Shown: piece after piece, positions 1 through 12,400 of the stretch | Layout: every line of letters starts with the position of its first letter | Numbering within the stretch: the first letter of the stretch is position 1 | Origin: Octopus vulgaris | Taxonomy: Eukaryota | Assembly: GCA_951406725.2 (NCBI GenBank) | Contig: OX597820.1 | Location: forward strand, 434,001 to 498,000 | DNA length: 64,000 nt | Direction of reading: 5' to 3' | Translations under genes and position numbers: made by a program | The notes under the pieces: model-generated | What the model was told of the DNA's origin: nothing | Seen by the model: only the letters and a program-made list of their open reading frames with translations | Database searches by the model: none

Positions 1-802
1 CAAACTGCTGTCAATTCCCAATTGGAATATCACAGAGTTTGTTAAACGTACTCCTTGTGACATACATTTTCACTTCTCTATTAGCAAGATCCATAGGGGT
101 AGAAGGTAAGCTTTTGACAAGCTCAATCTGTTTCTAGTTATCTGACATTGTCTCTACCATTCAGTACAGCATGAATGTCACAACGCTGTTACTTCATTCT
201 TATAAAATCACCAAAGTTAATCAAACATTGATGTTAATCTCTCATTACAAATGTTAACTATTTAAGGATACATCTACCCTCATTTATCATTGGGGTTTGG
301 TTCCAAACATTGCAGTGATAAATGGATCTTCTCTACACACTTTATAAATGGAGTGAATGGTAGATTCATTGGCACCAAGCTACTGGCTTCCATGTATTTT
401 CTTGCTTGTCTGCTTTTTGCTGTAGAGAATCCACTTGTCTCTATCATTTGTTAGGATCAGCTGCATTTGTATTCCTTTTTGTGTTGTTTTTAGCTTACAG
501 GAGATTTCACTGTAGCAAAATTCACCATAAAACAATAAAATAAACTGCAAAAAATAATTGCATTATTTCATAACAAAATTAAAGTTTTTTTTGTAACTTT
601 TGAACTTTGGTCAAATTAGAAATAGCTTCGGCTCTGCTGTTATTCTGTTGTTCACTGTTTCTCATCTAATACAGTGGGTTTTTTTTTTCCAAACTTGTTA
701 TTCATTATGTTGCTACAATTGGTAAAAAAGTAAAAGATATGGTTATAATTTAATATGTAGAAAAAATAGATTTATATGCTTAAAATATATTTTAATCAAC
801 TG

Positions 803-1599
803 GAAATGACCAGTGACCGAAACCTTTGGAGGTATGCTGTGCGTGAGAAAACCCGGCAAGACCAGTGAGAACAGTCAAAATCAAGATCAAACCAAATTGA
901 GGTTGATCAACATCAGGGCCCCCGTGCAGGTGACACGTAAAAGTACCATCTGTTCGTAGCCGTTTGCCAGCCCTGTCTGGCCCCCGTGTCGGTGGCACAT
1001 AAAAGCACCATCCGTTCGTGTTCGTTGCCAGCCTGGCCTGGCCCCGTGCCGGTGACACGTAAAAGCACCATCCGTTTGTGGCCGTTTGCCAGCTCTGTCT
1101 GGCCCCGTGCCGGTGACACGTAAAAGCACCATCCGTTCGTGGCCGTTTGCCAGCTTTGTCTGGCCCCCGTGCCGGTGACACGTAAAAGCACCATCCATTC
1201 GTGGCCGTTTGCCAGTCCTGTCGGTGACATGTAAAAGCACCATCCGTTTGTGGCCGTTTGCCAGCCCTGTCTGGCCCCCATGTCGGTGACATGTAAAAAC
1301 ACCATCCGTTCGTGTCCGTTGCCAGCCTCGCCTGGCCCCCGTGCCGGTGACACGTAAAAGCACCATCCGTTCGTGGCCGCTTTGCCAGCTCTGTCTGGCA
1401 CCTGTGCGGGTGGCACGTAAAAAGCACCCACTACACTCACGGAGTGGTTGGCATTAGGAAGGGCATCCAGCCGTAGAAACACTGCCAGATCTGACTGGGC
1501 CTGATGAAGCCTTCCAGCTTCACAGACCCCAGTAGAACCGTCCAACCCATGCTAGCATGGAGAACGGACGCTAAATGATGATGATGATGATGATGATGT
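803..1599 (+). mobile_element. RTE-clade LINE 3' fragment with expanded ~58-bp 3'UTR tandem repeat and (GAT)n tail
   Basis: Encodes EMTSDRNLWRYAVREKTRQD, the same C-terminus as the RTE ORFs in this window, followed by ~8-9 repeat units, the terminal stem-loop and the tail. Confidence 0.88.
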
Positions 1600-2185
1600 A
1601 TATAAATATGTTTTAAACATATAAATGTGCTTTCATTTGCTAATGTGTCTGATTTTCCTGCATGTGACATGTCACGTGACCCTAGTTGTATGTACTTATG
1701 ACTTTGATGCTGTCAGTTGCAGCAATGAGTGTTCCAGTTGATCCTCTCAATGGAACAGCCTGCTCATGAAATTAACATGCAAGTGGCTGAGTGCTCCACA
1801 GACATGTATAGGGAGATTTAGCATGACCCACATGATCACCAGGCGACCCTTTGAAATACAAGAACAACTCATTTTTGCCAGCTGAGTGGACTGGGGCAAC
1901 ATGAAATAAAGTGTCTTGCTCAAGGATACAGTGCAGTGCTGGGAATCAAACTCACAGCCTTATGGTTGAGGTCCAAATGCCCCTAGCTGCTGAACCACCT
2001 GCCTTCACATATATGCACACACATGAGAAACTTTATCTGAATTTGTTTGACTTGTATAGAAACAAATGAATTTTTTGTATTATTTTCTCCACGCATTTGC
2101 CTCTCACTGTTGTAAACAATTGCCTAAGAGTGTAGTAAAACCACATTTCAACTTCCTTTGAATAAAATTTAACAATTATACATAG

Positions 2186-2449
2186 ATATAACAACTTCAG
2201 CTCGTCTCCACATGGCTTAGTTTCATGCACATAGTCCATCTTATCAGATGCTAGGAGCAGAATGAGAGAATTTTTGAAAGACATTCAAGATGTTTCTAGA
2301 TAACCCAAACTGACCAATAAATGTCTAACACCTAGAACCTACTTTGAATTTCTCTCAAAAAAGATCTCTCATTCTGCTCCTAGCATCTGATGAGATGGAG
2401 GTGTCCTACAGACCCATGAAACTTCAAGTCATGTGGAGCTTGAGTTATA
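2186..2449. mobile_element. Fold-back (inverted-repeat) element with hammerhead motif in the arms
   Basis: ccatcttatcagatgctaggagcagaatgagaga pairs with tctctcattctgctcctagcatctgatgagatgg. Confidence 0.75.
2383..2434 (+). ncRNA. Putative type I hammerhead ribozyme
   Basis: gcat-CTGATGA-g-atgg...ccat-GAA-ACTTCAAGT-C-atgt: GUC cleavage triplet, stems I-III pair. Confidence 0.6.
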
Positions 2450-4054
2450 CTGCTAACTTCTACTAAATGTGTTGAGTGCTGTTCACTTATATATTATTGA
2501 TACTGGTGGAGGATTTATATAACTTATTCAAGTTTTTAATTTTTTTCTTTGGATATTAATCTAAATGCTCTTCACTCATCTGTGAAATAATAAGAGGAAC
2601 ATGTCATATTTTCTGTGAGATAAACCAAGGCAAACAGGTTTATATCTGTTGCTTTGAGGCAGAAAAACCTAATTTAATTGCTATTTGATATTTTAGCCAC
2701 GAGTCCATTAATGTCACCTAACACCCATTTTGCTTTTTTTCTTAACCTTTCACCCTTTCTAACTAACAACAACTAAGATTGATAAAATAAGTTAATAGCA
2801 ATAAAAAGTTAATTTTTCCTTAGTTTTCAGAATGAGATAAATTGGTAAAAACAATTTCTACTGAACATTATAGAGTAGGGAAAATATTGCAGTTATTTAA
2901 ATAGAGATTACTCCCTGTAACTTATTGGAGTTGAGCTTTTGGCTATGAGTTCTTGTCTTATGATCAAGAGCTTTGTGCTGTTGAAAGAGAGCACTGTTAT
3001 TAAGGGTTAGATGTTTTATTTTGTTGGTTGTTTATGAATAGTAAAACTGGGTAAACTGAGAGGAAAATGGCGTTAGTGGAATTAGTTGCATTGTGTGGTT
3101 GATGCCAGGCCCCTTGCTCCGACTGGCTCCTGTGCTGGTGGCACATAAAAAGCACCATCTGAATGTGGTCGATGCCAGCCCCCTCTGACCCCTGTGCTGA
3201 TAGCACGTAAAAAGCACCCACTGCACTCTTGATGTGGTTGGCATTAGGAAGGGCATCCAGCTGTAGAAACACTGCCAGATCAGATTGGAGCCAAGTGCAG
3301 CCTGCTGGCTTCCCAGACCCCAGTTGAACCGTCCAATCCATGCCAGCATGGAAAACGGACGTTAAATGATGATGATGATGTGTAACTGTAGGAACAAGCA
3401 TGACTCTTGGGTTCAATTCCATATGTGGCACCTTGGGCAAGTGTCTTCTATAGTAGCCTTTGGCTGACCACAGCTTTGTGCATGGATTTGGTGGATGAAA
3501 ACTAGATGTTCCTTGCCAACCTTCACCTTGAAAACAGGTGTGGGTAGGTGAAGAGAAGGGCATCTGTCTGATCCATGCAAGCAAGGGAATTCGGATGGTA
3601 TGATGATGAATTTTGCAAGACTGCATTGGTATGGACATATGATGGAGAAGGGTGAGAATTGGTCAAGTAAATGTGTTTGAATTCAAGTAGTTGGAGCTTA
3701 CTGGAGTAAGATCTGCGAAGAGGTGGGGGAGAATGATTGCAGGATGCTGTGTTGGATTAAACCTCTGTTTTCATGTCAGTATTTAAAAATAAAAAGTATA
3801 AAAATATGTAATTCCCACATTTACATTGTGTGTAGAAATGTAGTTTTATTACAATAAAATGTAGAGTCACAGTGGGCCCTGACTTTGTTGTAGGGTCTTT
3901 TGATGAAACAAAGGGTTTGCAAGTCATTTTGCTATTGCTTGTTGCTGTCTATGAACAAGATCTGTAGCTGAAAGTTGATTTGGGGGTTAATAGGTGCCAT
4001 AAGTGGGTTAGTCCACGTTACTCCATAATCGCTGGTTTCCAGGTTTATCTGGCT

Positions 4055-4126
<72 letters not shown>

Positions 4127-4713
4127 TACATACATACACACAAACACACGCACACTTCCTTGGACTGGATGCCACTCTGCAGTCTGTTGCAGGATTACTC
4201 TTTTTTGCCAGCTGAGTGGACTGGAGTAATGTGAAATGAAGTGTTTTGCTCAAGGACACAGTGCATTGCCTGGTCCAGGAATTGAAACATTAACCATATG
4301 ATAATGAGTCCAGCACCCTAACCACTAAGCCATGCACCTACATGCAGGTGCCATAAGCAGCACCATTTTATTAGATTGCAGTCTTGTGTCTACATCCAGC
4401 TGAGTAAACTTTGAAAAATGTGCTCCATCAGACCAACTTGTTCAAGACATACCACAAGAAAACAAAATATATTTAGGAGGTCTCTTTAAAACACATCAAT
4501 GGATGATTATACAGTTCATCCTCCAGATTTGTGTGTGTTTGCATGTGCTCCAGTTCCTGTTTTTCTGTTTTTACAAGACTTGCCGACATCCTCAATTAGC
4601 TTTTCAGCAAATGAACCGACCGGACCAAGCAAGTTAATACTGCTTTCTCTATGGGTCTTCTCTTTTACTCCAACCATTGGTGTTTTTCTTTTTTTTTCTT
4701 TTGTGTGTTTTAG

Positions 4714-4801
4714 CAATGTATCGAGATGAAGAAGCTAACCCTTCAACATCTTTCTATGCTGGTATAGTGGCAGAAGTGCCAACCAACCGGAACCGTCACA
4801 G
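4714..4801 (+). CDS. SETDB1: SETDB1 exon (Tudor): [30 protein letters not shown]
   Basis: poly-Y/TAG acceptor, GTAAAA donor, YAGIVAE motif. Confidence 0.93.
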
Positions 4802-7800
4802 GTAAAATTAATAGAATTACTTTATTGTTTTGGTTTGCAAGATTCTTGATGTGAACCCATTTGTAGAAACATATTTTGTTGTATGTTGGGAGGGTCATTA
4901 TGCCAATAATAAACACATGCGCTGGTTTAATTTCACTTTAGTTATTTGTTAATTGGTTAACTATTTAACCAATTAAGTAATTAATTGACTCATAGTTTGG
5001 TCAACCAATTAATCAATTAGGTTTGTCTAATTCCTTTCACTGCCATTCACCACCTCTTCAATGACACAATCTCTCTATGCCAAGTCATCTTTAGGTTTGT
5101 ATCTCTGAGTGGAGAGGTTGTGGATAGCAATGAAAGGGCTTAGACAGACCTAATTCAGTGACCAAATTAGTTAACTGGTTAAATAGTCAACCAATTAACA
5201 AATAATGAAGTGAAATAGAACCAGTGTGTGCTTTTATTGTTAGCATAATAATCTTACAAAATACTTAATTTTTGTTTATATTTAACTTAGTTATCAAATA
5301 ATTTGACTGAGATAATTATTTCTCTTTCTTTCTATTCTATGTTTTCAATTTACCTGTTGCTTGATGTGGTTTTCACCAAGGTCTTACCTTCCACCTCTGG
5401 TCTTAGAAAAATCAGACGTAACACTTTGTTCAGCAAATAAAAATCCAAAGCAGGGGAACTGGTGATTGTCTGAAAGTTTTAATTTAATAAAGTTCATGAA
5501 TTTGGGATAATCTTGTAGACTGCAGGAAAGTAAGACTCCTGACATTTTGACCAAAGCACTTCAAGAGAACATCTTACCCAGAATATAGTTAATTGCAACA
5601 CTTTTCCATTTTGTCTGCTGGGATCTTGAGGCAGACTGATGACCCTTTTTAGATGTTTCTTTGCTGTGAAGAAGAGGAAAGATATAAGGATTTAGGTAGA
5701 GCCCTTCATCAAATTTAGAAAACTATTTCATTAAGCATTAAGAGACAAATTGGAGATGATCATGCTATGTAAATCATTGAACGACATTATCAGGAATTTC
5801 ATGGGTGCTTTAAAAAAAGGCTAAGTTTAGAGATGTTTTATGAAGGATACTGATTGCAAATAAAGGTCAGTTTTTGACCCCTTCCTACATCCATCCATTC
5901 ATTTTCTCTGCCTGCCATTCCTGAGAAGGCAGTGGGTGTAAAGTCTCCAAGCACCCCACCCTAAAGAGTCTCATTGGAAGCAACCGTCTTTTCCTGACTG
6001 GATTCCCAAGTGTGACCAATGGAGACTATGGATGTTATCCAAACATTTTGCTGTTGGTTGGCTTTGATTGAAGAATCTTTCTTGAGGTTCTTTCCTGTAA
6101 TATTCTAACCACATGTCCACATTGAAATGTCACAAAATAAAAGAGAAAAAAAAAGCTCACAGATCCAATATAAATACCAGCTTTTGCCCCTCAAAAGCTG
6201 TAATACAAAAAGAACACAATTTAGCAATTTAATTTGGACATCTTTATATTTAATCGTTCTTTTCAAATGTTTGTAGTAGAATTTTGCAATATCTAACAAT
6301 AATACTACCATACATCATGACTACATCCTGTTGATCAGTTTGTATCATTTGATTCCATAGAATATGTCTGTTTGATATAATTTGGGTTGTGCCTCTCTAT
6401 TGTGGATTGGTCAGAACTAAATATTTCTGTTGAGTAACCAAGATACCATTCTTGTAGGGGTGAGGAAATAGGGCTGAAACTAGTATTTATATCTGTAAAT
6501 GGATTGATGGATCAGTGTTTGACTAGGTTGGGGGGGGGGGAAATATAAAATGAACTGTGATAGCCACTTTTTGTGTTTTTTTCCAGGTTCCTGATATTTT
6601 TTGATGATGGCTATGCCCAGTATTGCCTCCCCAAAGAGATACACCGTGTCTATGAACAGAGTAAGTCTTTACTATTTTTCTCCTTTGCAACATGAATCTA
6701 TTGCTCTGTAATAACATTAAAGTCATTAAAATAATTACATAAATTTAAAATCTATTATATAAAATTGGTAGTTTGAAAGGTTGTATTCCAATCAGTGGTA
6801 TGTTTGAATGTGTGTATGTATGTATGTAAGTTTCTATACATGTATGTTAATGATAATGATATTGACAGCCTGGTTATGTCATTAAGGACTCCACCTACCT
6901 AATGGAAGGATATCATCAACACTATTGTTTTCTGTCGTGGAAGGATTCTGACCACCCACAAGTGACCATAAGTGGACTAACTGACACATTGCTATTAAAT
7001 AAAGAACTATCAGCTGTTCATTGTGAGCCGTTAACAGAGTGCTTTTAACCTCGTGCAACAGTAATCGTAGTGCGTCGTGGGAATACTTTCTTTCCACCTG
7101 CTTCGTTAAATTATTTATCCAACACCAGGATATAAAATTTTCTTAGCAAAAGCTCACAGTTTACAATGGTTCAATTGTTAGGCTTTTATATCTTCTGATA
7201 TATAATTCGCCACTGAAAGCAAGAAAGAAATTATTAGATATTTTCTTAGCTTACTCTATTGAATGTAAATCTTCCCATGGATTATCAGAGAAGTGATGGA
7301 TTATCATAAAAAGATAAGCTCTCTTGGAGTTGATCAATGTTCTGTTGAGTAGTCTGTTGATTTAAGAATCTTCTTTCCCTCTCTCAATGTCAGGCAAAAA
7401 TGTTTGGGAAGATATCCATCCTGACTCTCAAGAATTTATCAAGGAATATTTGGCCCAGTATCCAGAAGTAAGTATCTTTAATGAAGTATTTAATTATATT
7501 TAATGAAGTATTACACTTGCCACTTTAGATTGTTTTTGTTTTTTTTCCTGTTTTCTGTTGATTTGCTTCTACCTGAAAACACCTTGAACTCTTATATCTT
7601 TATTAGATATCTTAAACTTATAAATATAAACCCTGCTATCATTGCTCTATGTAGTAGCTCTTTCCTTAAGGATTGTTGGTTATATGAAAAAGCACCCAGG
7701 ACGCTCTGTAAAGTGTTTGGCATTAAGAAGGGCTTCAAGCTGTAGAAACCCTGCCAAAGCAGACATTAGAGCTTGACACAGCCCTGTGACCTGTCTGACC

Positions 7801-9406
7801 ATGTCACACTGTCCAGGCCCAGCAGCATGGAGTATGGACACTGGATGATGAGGACAATGCGGGAAACGATTATTGGTGTAAAGTTTAGATGTAAATCAGC
7901 TAAATGTCAATTCCCTCAGTCATCCTCATCATCGTTTAACGTCTGCTTTCCATGCTGGCATGGGTTGGATGGTTCAACTGGGGTCTGGGAAGCCAATAGG
8001 TTGCACCAACTCCAGTCTTATCTGGTAATGTTTCTACGGCTGGATGCCCTTCCTAACGCCAACCACTCCGTGAGTGTAGTGGGTACTTTTTACGTGCCAC
8101 CGGCACAGGTGCCAGACGGGGCTGGCAATTGGCCATGGTCGGATGGTGCTTTTACGTGCCACCGGCACGGGGGCCAGGCGAGGCTAGCAACGGTCACGAT
8201 CGGATGGTGCTTTGTCGGGGCGGTGCTGGCAACGGCCACGTTCGGATGGTTCGCTTACGTGCCACCGGCACTGGTATCACAGCTACAATTTCCATTGATG
8301 TTTTTCGATTTTGATTCTGACTCTCACTTGCCTCAACAGGTCTTCACAAGTACGGTTTGTGTCCCAAGAAGGAAAGGTATGCATAAGTGGGCTGGCTACG
8401 TCCCAGGTAGAGGCCATGGGTTATGGTCTCACCTGTCCTGCCAGGTCTTCCCATGCACAGCACACTTCCAAAGGTCTCGGTCTCTAGTCATTTCCTCGGT
8501 GAGACCTAAAGTTTGGAGGTCGTGCTTCACCACCTCGTCCCAGGTTTTCCTGGATCTACCTCTTCCACAGGTTCCCTCAACCGCTAGGGTGTTGGCACTT
8601 TTTCACACAACTATCTTCATCCATTCTCGTCACATGACCATACCAGCGCAAACGTCTCTCTTTCACACCACAACTGATGCTTCTTAGGTACAACTTTTCT
8701 CTCAAGGTACTTACACTCTGTCGATTATGAACACTGACATTACACATCCATCGGAGCATACTGACTTCATTTCTTGCGAGCTTACGCATATCCTCAGCAG
8801 TCACGACCCATGTTTCACTGCCATGTAGCATGGCTGTTCGTACACATGCATCATACAGTCTGCCTTTTACTCTGAGCGAGAGGCCTTTTGTCACCAGCAG
8901 GGGTAAGAGCTCTCTGAACTTTGCCCAGGCTATTCTTACTCTAGCAGTTACACTTTCAACACACCCACCCCCGCTACTGACTTGGTCACCTAGGTAACGG
9001 AGCTATCAACTACTTCTAGTTTTTCTCCCTGGAATGTGGTGGAAGTTGGTCTCTGCGCATTTTCAGTGTTTATTGCTCCTGAGCATCTGCCACATACAAA
9101 AACCATTTTCCTAGTTAGCCTTCCTTTGACATTGCTGCACCTCTTATGTGTCCATAGCTTACACTTGGTGCATCTTATAGAGTTTCTACCTATGCCTTTT
9201 CTACAGATCGAGCAGGGCCATCTACCTGAAGGCATTTGTGATTGGTCTACCTTCCTACTTATTAGGACTTTGGTTTTAGCTAGGTTGACTCTAAGGCCCT
9301 TCGATTCTAATCCTTGCTTCCACACCTGAAACGTCTCCTCCAGTTCTGATAGTGACTCAGCAATTAGAGCAAGGTCATAAAAATAAAAATAGTACAACCA
9401 GTAACT

Positions 9407-9439
<33 letters not shown>

Positions 9440-12400
9440 GTAAAGTTGTTGGAGGCCGAAACTAAAGTCTTTTCATGTTCTATTCTTCACAGCGACCAAT
9501 GGTGCAGCTTCAGAAAAACCAAGTTGTCAAAACGGAGTGGATGGGAGAATGGTAAGAATTTTCTCTTTGTTTCTCCTTCTTGATTTGGTTGGCTATTTAT
9601 GGCTTTTGTCTGGTTATTTATTAATCACAATCTGTGTTCTTCATTGCAGGTGGACAGCTAAAGTGGTCGAGGTTGATGCCAGTTTAGTGAAAATGTATTT
9701 TTCTGCTGATAAAAGGACAGAATGGATTTACAGAGGATCAACAAGATTGGAACCGCTCTTTTCAGCTTTGGTTAGTTGCCTAATAACTTTTAAATGTTTT
9801 TTTTAGTGCAGGAAATTAATTATGTATCTGTATGGCATTTTAAAATATGTCAAAAGCTTTAACATCAAGGAATATACATTATAGAAACAGTAGGCCGTGT
9901 CAGTGTTGGACATCATCCGAACTATTTTGTGGTGTAGAAACATGGACATTGATGAAGATTCTGACAAACTATAAGCTTTTGAAATGTGGGTTATTTAGAA
10001 GAATGTTGAGAAAGACATAAAAAGTGCTTAAAGAAGTGCTACAATGAGAAACTGCAAAAAGATCTTTACTCTCAGCTATTAAGAAAAAAGTAAGTTGAAG
10101 TACTTTGGTAACATAGTAAGAGCACAATATATACAAAGACTAAAGGAAAGCTAAATGGCAAATGCTCAAGAGGAAGACCTACAATGGACTAAACTATGGT
10201 GAATGTGTAAGAAAAGGCCCCAAATGCATATCTGATCTTGAACTTGTTGAGAGCAGATGACACCAATTGATGAAGAGGATGATGAGCTGTATTGATAAAA
10301 ACTAAACCAAACTGGATGTATTTTAAGTGCATGGTTTAATACAGAGGTTCGCAAATTTTTTGCCCCCCCCTCATGGCCACATAATACCCTCAGTGCCCCC
10401 ATCCTTATTTTTATGCATAAATAAATATTTTATATTTTACTAATTTATATATACTATGAATCATTTGATATTTAATATATTATATAATTTGTATACAATA
10501 CTATAATATCGCCCTCCCACTGCCCCCTTAAGCACCAATGCTCACCTGGATGTCTCAATGCTCACTGGGCGGGAGTGGGGCAGTAATGCCCACTTTAAGA
10601 ACCTATGGTTTAATATAACACTTCTCTGAGTTTGTGTTTTATTAGACTTAGAAAAATTAGCAAAGCCAAAATAATATACTGCATTGAGTTCAAATTCTGC
10701 CAAGGTTAACTTTGCCTTTCATCCTTTTGGGGGTCGATAAATTAAGTACCTGTTGTATACTAATTGACTGGCCCCCTCTCTAAAAATTTTGGACCTTGTG
10801 CCTAGAGTAGAAAAGAATATTAAAACGAAGGTAGTGAGCTGACAGAAACGTTAGCATGCCAGGCGAAATGCTTAGCGGTATTTTGTCTCTCTTTACGTTC
10901 TGAGTTCAAATTCCGCCAAAGTCAACTTCACCTTTCATCCTTTTGGGGTCGATAAATTAAGTACCAGTTGCGTACTGGGGTTGATCTAATTGACTGGCTC
11001 CCTTCCCCCAAAATTTCTACTCTTGTGCCTAGAGTAGAAAAGAATGTACTGCATTGATTTGGTTTGTGTTTGATCAGAAGGAATTGGTGCCAGCTGGAGC
11101 ACCTTTATGGCTTGGGATAACAAGATTTAAAGTCAAGGGATTACAAGATTTAAAGTCAAGAGATTACAAGATTTAAAATCAAGGGATAACAGGATTTAAA
11201 GTCAAGGGATAACAGGATTTAAAGTCAAGGGATTGATCACAAGATTTAAAGTCAAGGGATAACAAGATTTAAAGTCAAGGGATAACAAGATTTAAAGTCA
11301 AGGGATTACAAGATTTAAAGTCAAGGGATTACAAGATTTAAAATCAAGGGATAACAAGATTTAAAGTCAAGGGATAACAAGATTTAAAGTCAAGGGATAA
11401 CAAGATTTAAAGTCAAGGGATTACAAGATTTAAAATCAAGGGATTACAAGATTTAAAGTCAAGGGATTACAAGATTTAAAGTCAAGGGATTACAAGAGTT
11501 AAAGTCAAGGGATTACAAGATTTAAAATCAAGGGATTACAAGATTTAAAGTCAAGGGATAACAAGATTTAAAGTCAAGGGATTACAAGATTTAAAGTCAA
11601 GGGATTACAAGATTTAAAGTCAAGGGATTACAAGATTTAAAGTCAAGGGATAACAAGATTTAAAGTCAAGGGATAACAAGATTTAAAGTCAAGGGATTAC
11701 AAGATTTAAAGTCAAGGGATTACAAGATTTAAAGGTCTATAAAAGACCTTTGCAAAATATTTTGTCTTCAACAAATCTTGCTTTGTCTTCTGCTACTCGT
11801 TAACCTTTCAATGATTGGTCTAAGAGTTAAAATAGTTTAACTAGAGAGCATTTGTATAATACTCTCCATAGTGAGACATCTATGCTTGTCCCTCTTCAGC
11901 CTCTCAATGCCTGGTATAAAGCTACCTCCTCATCTCAAATACACCCCCCTCCCTTAGTTGCAAGTGCTTCTTTCCTTGCTCTTTTCCTGACTTGCAAGTT
12001 ATTTGGTGGCCTTGCCAGTGGCATGAAAAAAGCACCCAGCACCTGCTGTTAATTGTGTGGTATTAGGAATGGTATCTGTCAGTAGAAACCATGCCAAAGC
12101 TGGCATTGAAGTTCAGTGCAGCCTTGTGGTTCACCGTATCCTGTCAAACTGTCCAACCCATGCCAGCATGGAAAATGGGCATTAAATGATGATGATGATG
12201 ATGATAATCATCATTTAATGTCTGCTTTCCATGCTGGCATGGGTTGGGTGGTTTTACAGGATCTGCTGAGGCACAAAACTATGTCAGGCATAGTGTCTAC
12301 AGTTGGATGAATGAAGTAGAAGAGAGAGACCATGGACATATTACAGTTTGATGGACTAATTTATTTAGTCGAATGAAACCAGAATGAGACTATATAGATA

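Noticed and set aside
915-1430. CRISPR-like appearance of the ~58-bp repeats (also the 37-bp and 23-bp arrays)
   Set aside because: Units are contiguous tandem copies without unique spacers, there are no cas genes, the context is eukaryotic, and this array is an RTE 3'UTR.
1498-1530. CTGATGA in the RTE 3'UTR as a hammerhead core (also CTGATGA at ~5636 and ~32731)
   Set aside because: No closing stem II followed by GAAA and no stem I pairing.
1-4700. Upstream SETDB1 exons or promoter
   Set aside because: I found no segment with recognisable SETDB1 sequence and splice sites; a poorly conserved exon could have been missed.
7773-8687. 304-aa + strand ORF and similar ORFs at 17186, 14852 and 60931
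   Set aside because: They are antisense frames of RTE elements and their 3'UTRs.
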